NCBI RefSeq assembly: GCF_033153115.1
Contig: NW_026889753.1
Coordinates: 11,408,001-11,472,000, forward strand
From: Saccostrea echinata
Lineage: Eukaryota
Direction: 5' to 3'
DNA length: 64,000 nucleotides
Part shown: positions 1 through 13,254 of the stretch, one piece after another
Layout of the letters: each line of letters opens with the position of its first letter
Numbering within the stretch: the stretch's first letter is position 1
Program-made: the position numbers and the translations under genes
Notes under the pieces: generated by a model
The model's database searches: none
Told to the model about the DNA's origin: nothing
What the model saw: the letters and a program-made list of their open reading frames with translations, nothing else

Positions 1-342
1 GTATTGCGGTTAATCGCAATATTATTGTGTTTAATTGCAATATTATTGCGTTTAAACGCAAAAACTATTGCGTTTAATCGCAAAAACTATTACGTTTAAT
101 TGCAAAAATTATTGCGTTTAATCGCAAAAATATTATTGCGTTTAAACGCAAAAAGTATTGCGTTAAATCGGAAAGTTATTGCGTTTAATCGCAAAAATAT
201 TATTGCGTTTAAACGCAAAAAGTATTGCGTTTAATCGGAAAGTTATTGCGTTTAAACGCAAAATATTGCAATATTGCAATGTTTTGCGTTTAAACGCAAT
301 AAAAAATATTTCTTTCTCTGAATTGGCCTCAACGGGCTTCCG
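1..342. repeat. Minisatellite of palindromic 21-24 bp units (TATTGCGTTTAAACGCAAAA / TATTGCGTTTAATCGCAAAA), probably the end of a non-autonomous DNA element
   Basis: About 13 visible units ending in AAAAAATATT...GGGCTTCCG. The ORFs here are repeat artefacts. Confidence 0.8.
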
Positions 343-471
343 CAATTTGAAGCAATTATTTTTTTTTTATTTCATGTTACTAGATGAAATCCCGCGCAAG
401 CTCGTGGAATTGAGTTTTTACCACTGCTGACGGAATAATTTCAGCAATGTATCATAGATTCTACTGACAAT

Positions 472-3203
472 CAGGCTTGGGGCGAATTGAAATTGAAAAG
501 TAATGCATTACATTACCATTACTTCAAGGATCTCGGCATTAAATTACCATTACCATTACTTTAATTTCTTAAAGTAATGCATTACATTATTACTTTAACA
601 AAGTAATGCAGTACCATTACCATTAGTTTTGGAGGTTTTCAAAAATAGAAACACAAAACTTTGCAACTATTTTCATAAACATGCATCTCACCCCTTCAAA
701 TGTAAACATTGTGAATGATAATTCAATTTTGATTTCAAGTACTTGTATTTATTACATTGTAAATAATTTGAATATCTTTTTATTATTCATGGGAAGTTCA
801 ACTGCCAATAAGATTAAAACATGTACAATAGCAACTTTTGTGTAACTATTGATGTCATAAAGCAATCAGCTTTTGGGGCAAGAACTGCGAACGATAGTAT
901 TGTTCTCCCGCCTACCTCCAAGTCAATTTTCAAAAGTTAAGATATTCGAATGAATTTTAATATTTATATTGATATTTATATGGATTTTCATAAAACATTA
1001 CCTCTTTGGGAAAACAACGAGAGATAACTCTAAAATTTTGGTAAAACGTGTTTTTCACTATAGAAATCAACGGAAAACGGAAAATATTTTTAAAACATCT
1101 CCCCCCCCCCCCCCCCGTGAAACAAAAATTCCTTTTTACGGGTAATATGGACTGTCATTTCACAAATTCATACCAAAGCTTTTTGTGTTTCACAGGGGGG
1201 AACATATGTTTATATACAAAAAACGACAAAAATGCTTATTTTTTCAGCAATTTCCAAGTGCTTTACAACTGAAACATTATATTTTACTAATATATCTGCT
1301 TAATTTTATATGCATAAAGCATAAGAAAAGATTTAAGAAACATTTTTTCATATCCAAGACTATTTCAGAATGTGGTGATGCTTTGTAGCCCGATTTCAGT
1401 GGAAAATATCGTCTACCCCCCTTATTTCAAGAGCTGGAATTAGGGATATTTTACTATTTAGCACTGGAATTAAAATAATTAATCAATTACCACTGAACTG
1501 TTCTTTGTTTTAAACAAAGATTTTATGGCCAAATTGTCATTAATATTGAATTAAATGGTTGTAAAATGTAGGCGGGAATCGGGAGTTACCGTGCGTAGTT
1601 CTTTACTCCCTCCCCAAAACTAAAACTTAACTTCATAAGACATTTACACATTATTTGGATCTAGAACCTTAAATTATGGCAACAATCACGCACTGACAAA
1701 CTTGTAAAAAGGACAATATGTACATTTTGCTCTATTAAAAGAAGAATGCCTGTCTTCTATTTCTTTTCCTTTTTGGGCAATGAATTTGTTATGGTCAGCT
1801 CAAGCTAGACCAGCTCAGTTAATGTTTCATAAACACAGTCAGAAGAAAGAGAGTACTCTCAAAACAATACATTGTTTTAATTGTTACATAACCTTAGAGA
1901 CATTGTGTATTTTGATGACATTCTATCCAAAAGATTGCAATTATCAATTTACAGTGTATATTAATTAGTGTACTTATTACCGGAATTATTTTTTAAAGGA
2001 TATTAAAAAAAACTTTAAAATATTCTTTGAAATTAAATCTAATCTGAAATAAGTATGAAAATCTTTGGTAATTGTACTTTCAACAGAATAAAAAGTGTAT
2101 TCAAATAGATACAGTCAGAGAGTTTATTCAAATTGGTTAACTTTTTAAATGTGTAATGCCAAAAAAATTGCATAGCATGTAATGGTAATGTAATGTATTA
2201 CTTTCTCAAATCCAGAGAAATGCTTTCATTACATAGCATTAAAAAAGCATTATTTTGTATGTACCCATTTTAAAGAAATTAAATGAACATGGAAATTATT
2301 GTTTAGGTTATTTTTTCAATGATAGGAATGAATGAAAAAAGTTAACCTATTTAACTAAACTCTAAATAAATAAACTCTCTGTATCTATTTAAATACATTT
2401 TTTGTTCTGTTGAAAGTAACATTATATTACATTTAAATTTTCACACTTATTTTAGATAGGATTTGAGTGTCTTCAAAACAAACTATGCCTCTGGGGTTAT
2501 GTAATAATTAAAACAATGTATTGTTTTGAGAAGTGCTCTAAATTACCAGTGCCTTTCTTCTGACTGTTTATGAAATATTAACTGAGTTGGTCTAGCTTGA
2601 GCTGACCATGACAAATCCATTACACCAAAAGGAATAGAAGACATGCAGGCATTGTACACTTAGGAGAGCAAAATGAACATACTGTCCAACCCTTTTATTA
2701 ACTTTGTCAATGCATGTATTTTTAAATAAGGTACTAGATCCAAATAAGCTATGCTTTATCATTAGATAGTTTTTATTAGATATTTTTGGCAAGGGTTAAA
2801 GTGCCCCAAAGTAAAATTATTGCTATATGACATCAATAGTTATACAAAAAGTACATATTGTACATGTTTTATCTTCCTGACAATTGAAATGTTTGAACTT
2901 CCCTTGAATAATAAAAAGTTAAATACAGTGTGATAAATACAGGTTCTTGCAATCAAATTTGAATTATCATTTGTCATGTTTAGTTTTGAAGGGGTTGGAT
3001 GCATGCTTATGAAAATAGTTGCAAAATTTGTATTTCTATTTTTAATAAAAACCAAAAGTAATGGTAATGCATTATTTCACTAAAGTAATGGTAATGTAAT
3101 GCAGTACTTTAAGAATTCAGAGTAATGGCAATTAAATGCCCAAATTCTTGAAGTAATGGTAATGTAATGCTTTACTTTACAATGTAATTCGCCCCAAAAC
3201 CTG
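472..3203. mobile_element. Foldback-type non-autonomous DNA transposon with arms of about 900 bp
   Basis: Termini CAGGCTTGGGGCGAATT and AATTCGCCCCAAAACCTG. Inverted homology continues inward (640-870 vs 2815-3050; 1650-2145 vs 2335-2750). CATTAC/GTAATG subterminal repeats. Confidence 0.85.
879..1625 (-). mobile_element. Helentron/HINE-like insertion inside the left arm of the foldback
   Basis: Absent from the right arm (empty site GGGGCA|CTTTAAC). Subterminal inverted motif TCCCGCCTAC / GTAGGCGGGA. Ends CAAGA... and ...CTAAAA. Confidence 0.55.
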
Positions 3204-3606
3204 GTATCGATATACCTTTTATGGTAGAATGACTGTTTTAAAAATAGCCTACCTTCTCGTAAAGAAATCAACGTGCGTCTACCCCATTGTGAAAACTAAT
3301 CGTAATGAAACTTACGCTGACCATGGATACCGCACAGCTAAAAGTTTGATTGTGCCATGTCACAAATCATTTAGAGAACTCGACAGGTTCCCCATCGTAG
3401 ATTCAAATGTGGGGATGGGGGGGGGGGGACTCGTGGTACCTATTTGTTCACCCCAAAAATAATGTAATGTCAAGTGTAGTCCTATTGTAGAGTTTGATAA
3501 AATAAAACACCAGAAATCAGTATAGATGTATGAGTCAACCTTGATACTAAGGATGTATCTATAAATTAGCCCAATATTTCAATATAAGGAGCTTTCCATA
3601 TTGTAG

Positions 3607-6600
3607 ATGTCAATGATGAGATTCTGCAGTTTTTGTGGCATCCAGTCATCAGATTTACAGAAGTGTAGTCGATGTAAGGTGGAATTATACTGCTCTAGAG
3701 TCTGTCAAAGAAATCACTGGAAGAAGGGACATAAGATGGAATGTAAGGAGGTGAGCGTTGGTAAGTGGAGAAAATATCTATATAATATGGAGCAGGTTCA
3801 GTCTATTTTATTAGGTGATGATTTATATTAATATCTGTAGAACTGTCTGAGTGCAGTTTTTGTGGCGTCCGATCTCCAGATTTAATGAGATGTAGTCGAT
3901 GTAAGGGAGAATTCTATTGTTCACGGGAATGTCAAAGAAATCACTGGAAAGCTGGACACAAGAGAAAGTGCAAGGAAGTGAGCATAGACGGTAAGATGTC
4001 ACAAAAGAAGCAAAAAAAAAACAAAAACAAAAACAAAAAACAAAAATAAAGCCAAAAAAAACCCCATTGTCTTCCTACGTTTATTCACAATGAACCATCA
4101 CGAAGTTAAACTAAACTAAATTATATTTTTTTCCAAACTGAAAATTCCAAAGTGCGCGGTTTAGAAGCTACATACCAAACCTAGTTTTCTTGAACATAAA
4201 GACTTGTCATATTATTCCAGAAAGGTCCTATAAGCCAGCCATAGGACAAACCAAATATACAAATCAAAATATAGGCCAAAAATATGCTTATCATTTAAAA
4301 GCACAGAAACTTTCCAGATTCAAAATCTTAAGTTTTGGAAAATTTTGTTTTATAATAGATCTACTACGTATAAAAAAAGGGATTAGGTTATAAAATACAT
4401 AATGAATGAGAGTCTCATATTAAGACGAAATGGAAAATGAATAAACGTCATATTGTTAAAAAAAAATAGAGCAATCTATAAAACTAGCAGTTTATACTTA
4501 TTAATCAAAGTTTGAATAATTTTATTTAATATATACATGTAGGTACCTGTATAAAAAAAAAATCAAGTTTAAGATTTTAAAATGCGTAATATTTATGCCC
4601 TGTTCACATGGAGAGTAAAATTCGCAGTAAAGGTTTACAGTAAGGATATTCAGTAAGGCTATTATGACGTCATTTTCAAATCACGACACCTTATGCAGAG
4701 CAGATCCATTTGACATAATGTCATAGTGTCTGTGCACATTTCAGTAATTAACAAAATTTTCCTTTTTTTCACTACCTATATCTGACCCCCGACATGTGGC
4801 ATGTGACTTAATTTTGCCATTATGCATCCGTCAAAATTTGATTCGAATTAGCTTCGCTCAGCGTTCACACGGAGCTAATGCGAAGTAATTTAATTAATAC
4901 GCAGTAAATTAATTCGAATTAAACCAATTCGCATTAAATGCCCCGTGTGAACGCGGTTCAAATTTAATTCGCAGTAATTTACGTATAATTCGAATTACAC
5001 TCTCCATGTGAACAGGGCATTAGATTTTTATTTTGATAGAATCAAGTTCACCAACGTTGATATGCACTTCCTGCAAAAAATCGTCAGAACAGCTAAAGAG
5101 ATGTACAGGATGTCTGCAAGTGTCTTACTGCTCCAAAGAGTGTCAACTTCAGGACTGGACGCAGAAACACAAGGATGAATGTGTGAAGATACAAGTACGA
5201 GTTGAGGAGGAAGATTGTTTACAGGAAGTGGAAAAAGACGACCAGAAAGATGTTGTCTTCAACAAAAAGAAGTCCATCGAAGAAGAAGAGAACGATCATA
5301 AATCGCTTAATGTTTGTACTGTATGTGGGGAAAAACGTCTATTGAAAGTATGCCAAAGATGTAAGGTACAAAAGTACTGCTCTGCTGAATGTCAAAAGGC
5401 AGACTGGAAAAAGCATAAATCAAACTGCACAAAAAAAGAAAAACCAACACAGAGGAGTGAAAGGGGCGCTGACGATTCATTGCCAATATGTGCAAACTGT
5501 AAAAGTCAAAGTGCAGCTTTCAGGTGTACTGGTTGTAGGGTTGTGTACTACTGTTCAGAAGATTGTCAGAAGTCAGATTCGAAAAAACACAAAACATCGT
5601 GTAAAGCATACAGATTTCAGACGAGAGTGAGAGAAACTCTAACTGTTGCAGAATGTTCTATAATGGGTCTTGTCACGCCTGAAGAACACGGAGGGAGGAA
5701 CCGAAACGACTTGAAGAACGATACCGACAAAGAAAACTTTTTGGCATTTTTTTCTTGTCGTCGATGTAAATCTGCAGCTGGGAATTGCAAAGTCACCTGT
5801 GCCGAATGTAAGTCTGTAATGTACTGCTCAAAGCTATGCATGGATCTGGATAAATCGGAACACAGAAAAATGTGTGTACCATTATGCTATCAAATATCAG
5901 GAATTTCAGTATCATCATGCAGAGGCTTTGAAGATTCTGCGGGACCTAGTCCCTTTAAACATACAACATTTTCTTCGCCTTCTCACGCCAAATTGCCCTT
6001 TCCAATAAATCCAATATTTGTTGATGATGATGCAGATCTGAAATGGATCGTTGAAAGAAACGTGCAGTCACAATATAAGGCGATAGAGAAAACTAACCGG
6101 AAGTTTCCCTATCACACTCTGATTACCCGTCTAAGGGAAATTCCAATAGAAGGGAGGTCTATGTTTACTTCCAACATATCCACACTTCCTTATGTGTTTC
6201 TCGCCTGCATTAGAAGGTTTCATAACTACAGGGGCCGCCATAATGTTTACTTGCAGGTACATGTTTAAAACTTCTTATCTCATTTGAAAAAAAATATTGA
6301 TGAATGCATTTTTTTCAATCATCCATCTGAAAGTCTAACACTATTCTTGACCATGCATCAATGCATGAAATGCAGCAATTTATTGACAGAGCTGGAAGCA
6401 CATGCATTGAGTTGTGCTTTTATATTATTGAATTAGGTACATAAAAAAATAATTTGTAAACCCTCCAATTCGTACCAAATCTGCTAGGATATTAGCCCAT
6501 GATCCACAATGATGGTCTTGATAAAGTTATAGAAATGCCCTTTATGGTGAGCGGTGCTTTTGATCAGATATCTAAATTAAAATAATGAAGTCTGTCTCAC

Positions 6601-7425
6601 AGCATCTCTATCAGGTGAAGTAGGCCGCCACGTCTATATGGTTTGACAAATATGCACTTGTAATAAGTAGAATTAGAGAACACATATACATGAAAAAAAA
6701 AAATTAAATACACCGATGTAATATATAATTATGTACCTAAAAACATTGCAACCAGAATCAAAGAGGTAAAAACATGGTTATATATAAAAACAGCAGTGGT
6801 TTGGGTGTTCTACATTTGTGGTGAAGTGCTTGTCAGAAAAACATGGAAGTATTCTGTCTATTGGAAGTGTTCAAGAAAAATAAGAAGTAATTGAATAATG
6901 TTAAGCATACATAAAGATGATGGGGATTAAGCAAGAACTTGTGAAGATTTAAAGTTTGTCCCTTGCATATGTGAAAGAATGCAAGTCATATATTGTTTTC
7001 CTTTGCACCTTTATTTTATTATTTTCTTAATGAATATAAGGTTTAATTTTAGTTAAATATTAGTGTTTAAAATATATTGGGCTTATAGATATCATATGAT
7101 ATCATTTTAGCAAAAGCCCAAATTACAGAAGATTTCTTGAATTATTTGAAGTTCCCATCGAACCTATCGATTTAGAACACTTTAATGGATTTTGTCTTTT
7201 CTTTTTCATTTTTGTCTTTGTTTTCAGGATTCTGAAAGGCGGGAAATTTATGTTTCCTTCTACCTCCCAAACGACAATCCAACACCATACTTTCAGTGGA
7301 GTGACATTGTTCCTGGAAAATTTGTCGCCATTTTGTTCCCTTGCATCCATTTCTTTGGTGATGGCACTGTTGGTTTGCGCGTGGATAAAGCCAAAAATGT
7401 TTACTGTTTTGATGTTAAAGACTAA
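3607..7425 (+). CDS. Poly-MYND zinc finger protein, paralogue A (6 MYND fingers plus uncharacterised C-terminal domain), about 572 aa
   Basis: Exons 3607-3760, 3841-3990, 5040-6256, 7228-7425; all introns GT-AG, phases 1,1,0, open throughout. Repeated C-x2-C..C-x2-C-x4-YCSxxCQxx[DH]WxxHxxxC motifs. Same exon structure as the paralogue at 24804-29891. An AG precedes the ATG at 3607, so an upstream exon is likely. Confidence 0.88.
4596..5019. mobile_element. PIF/Harbinger-type MITE in intron 2 of MYND paralogue A
   Basis: TIR TGCCCTGTTCACATGGAGAG / CTCTCCATGTGAACAGGGCA; TTA target-site duplication. Confidence 0.88.
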
Positions 7426-7715
7426 CATTTGCATTTTCAAACTACAACTGGCCATTTATAAGTCGGAAGAGAAAATGCTAGTTAGCACTGCTCACCTTTT
7501 ACTACTTCATCACGGTCATGCAAATTTTCTGATAATAAGCACTTTGCCCAAGAAATTAGATCTGTTGTGCATATAGAATTTGTTTATCAATGTGCGTCAT
7601 AGAGATATAGCTCTATAAATTGTATGCTCCTTGCTTTCATGGATTATCATTGTTAAAGACCTCAAGATGTACATGAGTTCTCTGCAAAAGATTATATCCA
7701 TTGCAGTGTTTCCTT

Positions 7716-7948
7716 GCCATTAGTGTTTTACTTATTAACCGTTTGCGATTATCTTGTCATTTAGTGTTTTACTTATTAACCGTTTGCGATTATCTTGTCA
7801 TTTAGTGTTTTACTTATTAACCGTTTGCGATTATCTTGTCATTTAGTGTTTTACTTATTAACCGTTTGCGATTATCATGTTATTAGTGTTTTACTTATTA
7901 ACCGTTTGCGATTATCTTGCCAGGGATGATTAACCGTTTGCGATTAAT
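7716..7948. repeat. About 41 bp tandem repeat (about 5 copies) downstream of the MYND A stop codon
   Basis: CATTTAGTGTTTTACTTATTAACCGTTTGCGATTATCTTGT repeated nearly identically. Confidence 0.9.
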
Positions 7949-8427
7949 CTTACAGGGATGATCAAAATTGAAATTTGGATATTACATGTACAATGTATAC
8001 ATTAATTTGTACAGAGTAGTTTTAACACAAGCAGATTTTGCAATACTTTTATTTTAATTTTATGTCCGGTGTTGTTTTAATAAAAGTAAATCAAAGTAAG
8101 TTTTGATCTTCATACGCAAGCGCATAATATCGTTTTGAAAATGGGGTGGGGGGATAATTGACAACTTACCTAAAAATTCTTTTACAAGAAAAAAAAAGGA
8201 TTTGTCCAAACTCGAAATTTCTATTTTGTAGGGGGAAGGGGTTGAGGTAATTTCCATCTTTTTTCAACAAAACTTTTGTAAATACATTAATTTTTATTAT
8301 GCTATGAAAAAAAGGGATCAGCTGCCCTTTTAATGAACATTTTCATACTACAGTACATTAGAACAGAACAATCTGACATCTATTAGAAATGAATGAAGAT
8401 AATGTTTCATAACTGTAAAGAAAGAAA

Positions 8428-11158
8428 AAAGAGGCTTTTGGGCCACAAGGCTCACCTGAATCACAAGGGCCCCTCTGTCTTTCATCAACAGATTTTTCCC
8501 CTGTGTATTCCTATGTAAAACATTTATCGCCCATTGTGGCCCACCATAACCCTGGGGGTCATAATATGAACACATCTGAATTTAAACTATTTAAGAATGC
8601 TTCCATATAAATATGACTAATTATGGTTTTGCCGTTCTTGAGAAATAGATATTTAAAGATTTTTCCTATAAATTCTTATACAAAATTTTGATCCCCCGTC
8701 ATGATTTGAACAAATTTTAATCTACATTACCTGAGGACGCTACTATATAAATATTATAAATATAACTAATCATGGCTTTGTTGTTCATAAGAAGAAGTAT
8801 TTTAAGGAGACTGGGGGGTCCAAACAAAAATTTCTTCAAAATTGATCAAATTGGCAGAAATACTTCATATAATCATCAGTTACATTTTAGTATAAAAGAC
8901 TACAACCTTAATTTTCAGATTTATTGCATCTTAGTATACCGCACATTAAGTCAACATGAAAACATAACAAAAACAATATGAAACACAAATATAAAGTGGA
9001 AAGGGGCTAAAAACATAACAATTACATCAGATGAAATAAATTCAATTAAAAAAAACCTTCGTTACAATGAAAATGTTAGATAAACATGACAATCTAGTGA
9101 AAATACACACTTCACCTTTATGCAATTATTCAAATTTAAAAAAAAAATATATAACCATAGGATTTTATTCAACTTGTTACATAATAAGGATCAATGTATT
9201 TATAATATAAATCAAGCATAAAGAAAATTTTCTGCTGGTGAATTTTGAGAAATGGAAATAAAAACTGTCAAATTCCAACAAAATACTTGGCATATTACTA
9301 GTTACCTCCATTACTAGTTACCTCCCTTTGCAGATTGCAAAATGCTGATTTTTTTTAATTTTGTAACATTGGGTTTTTCATAAATTTGATCTTTAAATAA
9401 TATTTTAATATCCTGAAACCCAATGGTATTCCTTTCTCACAACAATTTCAAATGTTAAAAACAGACCACAACCAACTATCTGCAAATTTCTCAGCCACAA
9501 AATCAGACAAAATTTCTTCTGCAACTAAAAATGAAAGAGATGAGATGTTTATAATTTTGGATGTTCTGTACCATTAGGTACTGAAGACTTATGACTAGTA
9601 ATCCTTTTTGGGGAAATTTTTCCCTTGAAAAATAATTCTTCAAAAAGTGGTAAATAATCTTCTCGAGGCAATGGTTGATGGCATATACTGCAACCTCAGC
9701 ATAGTTGTTACTCCAAAAATAGTAATGCTACCTCAAGCACAAGTCAGCTTTGCTCCAGTTGATTTTCCCAGAATTTTCTGAAAATTACACATAAATGCTT
9801 ATAAATTGATGATAAGTACAACATTCTTCTAAAATGCATTGTAAATCTCAAGTCATATCATATGTAATTAATTATTCACTAAGTATCTTTAATTATAAAA
9901 TTATGGCCTTATTTATATTTCATAATTTCCAATGTCAAAATATTAAACAACTTTTTGGTACCAAGGACATATATTATGCACATTACATATCATCACATCT
10001 GATGATATAATTATTGAAATTCTTTTCATGGAATAAATAATATCAATTTATAATATACCCGAGTCCTATTCTTTATATTTGTCATTGAACAATTCATATA
10101 ATATTCAAGCAAATTGCATATATCATTTAGCTGTTTAGGAAACAATGTTTGCCTGTTTAAACATGTTTATAATTGATAAAATACAAAGAAAGAACAATCA
10201 AACGTATGTCCTCATTTTTAATGCAAGGCGTGAAATATATGTTTTAAAAAAAAAGCTTCTGGGGTAAGGAAACAGTTGTCACCGATTTATTTGTCAGAAA
10301 AAATATTTTATTTAAAAAGGTGGCCATTGAGTGCAAAACTAATGCAATCCATAGGAAAATGTTAAGAATTAAGTGACGTATTGTTTTATTAAGTGAAAAG
10401 GAAGTTTTTATTTTTGTATTGTATATTTGTTAGTTGTATATCGCGTGTATATCTATGTGCTGTAGATCACCAATTATTCGCGACACCTTATTTTTGCGGG
10501 ATAGGTATTTGGTATTTATAAGCGAGACAACATTTTCACAAATGCTGATTATTACTGTTTATATCCTATGTCAATAAAGATGTACGCTAGAATGAAATTC
10601 TGGCGAGCAAATCGTCTCGCGTAATTAAGCCAACATAAAGTTCTCGCGATAAGAAAGTGATTTACAGTATATTTTCTTTGTGTTAAAAAGAACAGACAAA
10701 GTTGGTAAAACTTGTGTCCAATCCTATTGATTATGCTCAATAAAATATGTTTAAATCAAGGAAGTATACACCCCAGGTTATCTTTTGTCTTTTGTGCAGA
10801 AATTATTAAAAAAAAAAGTCCCACGGGTTTTTGATTGTTTTGCCACCGTGTTTAGCTGTTATTTTTGGGGAGTCACAAATGAGAAAGAGGGACTCGCTTT
10901 TCACGCCAGGGGGAATAGATAACCTTCGCTTCAAACTCGGCCGAAAGGTACATGTAGGTCACAACTTTTTGTTGCATTTGTAACTGATATTGACACAAAT
11001 ACAATATCGCAGGGAATATAAAATAGATAAAATCTGTTTTATAATTGAATAATCATATAGATGCTAATGACCAACTAAGAACTAAACTATCACCAAGACA
11101 GACCTTGAAGAAATGTTGAATTGAAAAGTTCACTCGACTTTGCCTCAGGTGAGCTAAA
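8428..11158 (-). mobile_element. HINE-like element (reverse orientation) apparently split by an unrelated insertion of about 2.3 kb
   Basis: AAGAGGC..TGGGCCACAAGGCTCACCTG at 8428, satellite units to about 8800, and the other terminus CTCAGGTGAGCTAAA at 11144-11158. Confidence 0.5.
10459..10669. mobile_element. Small Tc1/mariner-type MITE; a related copy lies at about 25467-25678
   Basis: CTGTAGATCAC ... GTGATTTACAGTA inverted termini with internal TCGCG motifs. Confidence 0.55.
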
Positions 11159-12049
11159 CGTAGGAATATTATAAAGCATTAGAGGGTTTTTGAATGTATT
11201 GATTCATTGGGGGATGTTCCCAAGTAATAACCTGTACATAAAAAAAATATTCATTCTTCATCTTCATGAGTTGTGCAATAAGGTATAAGAAAATAAAGGT
11301 ACGGTTTTGGTTTTATTGTGCCCTAAAAATTTAATGTTTTTAAAATGTTAAGAAATTGGCTTAAATATGATTTGAGTAGATGAATGTAATAAATCTTAAA
11401 AGGATATGACTTGAAGGAGAACCATTGTTGAAAAATGACGTCAATAATTGTTACATTTCTAAGTTTTAAACAGAAAAAGTCTCAAATGACTCACTTTTGG
11501 GGTTATTGTCCTTAAGAAAATAGCGTCCACATCCGTCGCCCACCTCAGTTGTTGGATATGTTGTGTAAAATCCTATTTAAAAAATCACATTTATCAAAAT
11601 CTTTGTGGGCGATGCATGTGCTCTATATTATTTGATAGAAAATTCCACTGAAAACTGATGTCTTCTACTACTTTTTAAGAAAATACGGGAAAATGTACAA
11701 GTTCATGACGTCACAATTAGCATTAAGGAGGTCATTTGAGTAAAACAATTTGTATATTCATACTGCATGGAATTTCAATGATTTAGAGAGCATGAGTTTC
11801 ATTTTCTTATTTCATTTTCATATTTAAGAAAAATACAGGGCCAAATTTGTATTGAAAACGTACCTTGTTCTTTACATTTTCGCCCTAAGGGTCAAATGGG
11901 TGTCGCAAAATGACGTTTTTCTAATTAAAAAAAAACCCTGATTCTTAGAACTCGAACCTTGCTAATAAGTTTTGAGTGGTTGGAACTAGTGCTGTTATTA
12001 AAAACATGTTTATTATCCTCTAAAAGACTTTTCTTTGGTTATTAACTAT

Positions 12050-12735
12050 TTTGACTCTTTGACCCTGACCTTGGAATTTGACCTACTTCTGAAAAACTTT
12101 AACCTAGACCATAATTTTTGAACAGTTGGTGCTAGGGTTTTTATATTTCACATATGTAACGTATGTAATTCTTGCAAAAACATCAACAATTGTACCCTTT
12201 AACCTTGACCTTGGAGTTTGTCCTACTTTTGAAAAACTTTCACTTTGGCCTTAAATTGAATGGTTGTTGCTAGGGCTTTCATATTTCACATGTGAATTTC
12301 TTTTGACAATACTTTCCCTTGGGTACCAAACCAACACATTCGAATTTTTATCCTCTATATTGGAGATTGCTTACTTTTGAAAGACTTTAACTTTGATCAT
12401 AACTTTTGAAAGGATGGAGCTAGGGCTTTCACATTTCACTTGTGTATTTCTTGTGACAAGATTTTTCCTAGGGCACAATTAATTTTGACCCTTTTTCCTT
12501 GACCTTTGAGTTTGGCCTACTTTTGAAAAAAAATCTTTTATCTTGGCATAACTTTTGAATAATTAGTACTAAGGCTTTTATATTTAATAGGTGTATTCCT
12601 TGTTACAAGACCTTTATCAGGGTACCAATATTTTTTATCTCTTGACCTTGGTGTTTGACTTGCATTTGGGAAACTTTAACCTTCGTCATGAACTTTCCTA
12701 CGTAGGCATCAGTATTTCACAAACACATCCTTTTT
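12050..12735 (+). repeat. Satellite-like array (units roughly 150-170 bp) of a HINE family; same family at 30630-31280
   Basis: Repeated TGACCTTGGAGTTTGACCTACTTTTGAAAAACTTTAAC...GGTGCTAGGGCTTTCATATTTCAC units. Confidence 0.75.
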
Positions 12736-12913
12736 CAGTCTTCTTTTAAATTTTAATTTTCTTTTAAATAGACTGTACATCATTAAATTCTGTAATTTCA
12801 CTGGTAATGAATTTAGTGTATGAAGTACTTACATAAGAGGCCATTGGGCCACCTGTTCACCTGGGCATTTTATGCTCTATTTGACAAGTACATGTATATA
12901 TTTTTTGTAAATT

Positions 12914-13148
12914 ATAGCATTATTGTGGCTTCTTCCATGGTTACCCAATTATGAAGGACAGTGCATTTAGAGTCAAACATCTTAGTGCGGATATTGCTGT
13001 CTTATGACAGCATCTAGTTTTTACATTTATACATGTTTGTGAAACTAGATGCTTTCATAACACAGTAATATATGCACTTAAGTGTTTGTCTCTGAATGCA
13101 CTCCCCTTCATAATTGGGTAACCAGGGAAGAAGTCACAATAATTCTAT
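12914..13148. mobile_element. Palindromic hairpin MITE, about 235 bp
   Basis: Imperfect arms of about 105 bp: ATTATTGTGGCTTCTTCCATGGTTACCCAATTATGAAGG / CCTTCATAATTGGGTAACCAGGGAAGAAGTCACAATAAT. Confidence 0.8.
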
Positions 13149-13254
13149 ATTTACATCAAATCTATACATGAACAAAGGGAAGGTCTTGTCACAAGGAATA
13201 CACATGTTTAATATAAAAGCACAAGGACCAACCATTCAATACTTATTTCCATGA

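Noticed and set aside
163-430. Overlapping ORFs on both strands
   Set aside because: Translations of the palindromic minisatellite; no protein features.
5033-5039. TTG starts of the long MYND ORFs (also 27658 and 28131)
   Set aside because: These ORFs are internal exons entered through AG acceptors; the TTG starts are artefacts of the ORF caller.
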